A DNA stretch of 64,000 bases from Geosiphon pyriformis uo1 (Eukaryota; Fungi; Glomeromycota): the NCBI GenBank assembly GCA_016748015.1, contig JAAOMT010000571.1, positions 995,095-1,059,094 of the forward strand, given 5' to 3'. Positions 63,501 to 64,000 of the stretch are shown in pieces. The translations under genes were made by a program, and so were the position numbers. The notes beneath the pieces were generated by a model. It was not told the origin of the DNA. It saw nothing but the letters and a program-made list of their open reading frames with translations, and ran no database searches. The first letter of the stretch is position 1, and every line of letters starts with the position of its first letter.

Positions 63501-64000
63501 CCAGCTCCCCTTACGTTCAGGTAAGAAATTGGCCAGTCGGGTTAATAAATACATTCAGACGAATCTTCCATGCTTACATATTCAATAATTATAAGATGCA
63601 CAAGCAGACCTTAAAATCGATGATCCTTACCGAATCGTTTTATTTGATGACATTAAAAAATACCTTTTTGACCTCACTTCCTCCGAAGCAAGAATCAATA
63701 TGATATACGCTTGCTTTAATTTTCTCCGCTTGCCTTTTAATCCTTGCCGATCTTCGAATCACTCTTTTGTTGCCGATTCATTTTTGCATTCTGAAATGGC
63801 TAATGAAAGCCTTGCGAATGCCAATTTTTGGCCGTCAACTCACAAATCAGACATTCCTTCTGGGCTTGTCAATGATATTTACGGCGTAATAATGGATCGC
63901 GAAATACGCTCAGAAGAAAAAAAAATATGGAAATTTCCATTGAAAGCATTTCCACAAGACCATGATAACTTATTCCCATCTAAACATTGGTTCTGTATCT
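60530..64000 (+). CDS. NRDE2: NRDE-2 (nuclear RNAi / MTR4-associated) homolog, multi-exon, continues past the window end
   Basis: PSFSSFPD, IDRQGD...VPSYRR, PHNIKLWLQFIDFQD, KISIFEKAL, LWIEYLNFRQ, QSGYIERA, FWESEDPRFGE, DDPYRIVLFDDI. Confidence 0.9.

Overview
Eukaryotic DNA, most likely an intron-rich early-diverging fungus (Mucoromycota/Glomeromycotina-like; inferred from gene content, not from a database hit). Bases 1-40.6 kb hold four decayed Ty3/Gypsy LTR retrotransposons of two families. Element A (+, cut by the window start) has element B (-) inserted in its 3' LTR. B has element C (+, second family) inserted in its RNase H region. Element D (-) sits in a decayed LINE ORF1. All four share an unusual layout once C>T/G>A damage is reverted: (1) a Gag-Pol frame apparently starting at a conserved GUG, running helical N-domain, capsid, CCHC, protease, Cys-rich domain, dUTPase, dUTPase-like domain, RT and RNase H, then a stop; (2) integrase as a separate ~460-codon ORF after a 61-66 nt A/C-rich spacer; (3) a non-Env third ORF conserved between the families. 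Target-site duplications are 4 bp with a central YG step and termini are TGTTAC...GTAACA, recalling Ginger1 transposons. Bases 40.6-46.4 kb are LINE relics and very AT-rich DNA, part of which aligns to the LINE by near-pure C>T/G>A change (RIP-like). Bases 47-64 kb are compact, CpG-rich, spliced host genes: KIAA0930-like, RPA1, TRAF7-like, SNAPC1-like, BZW/5MP and NRDE2. All alignments and counts were done by eye.
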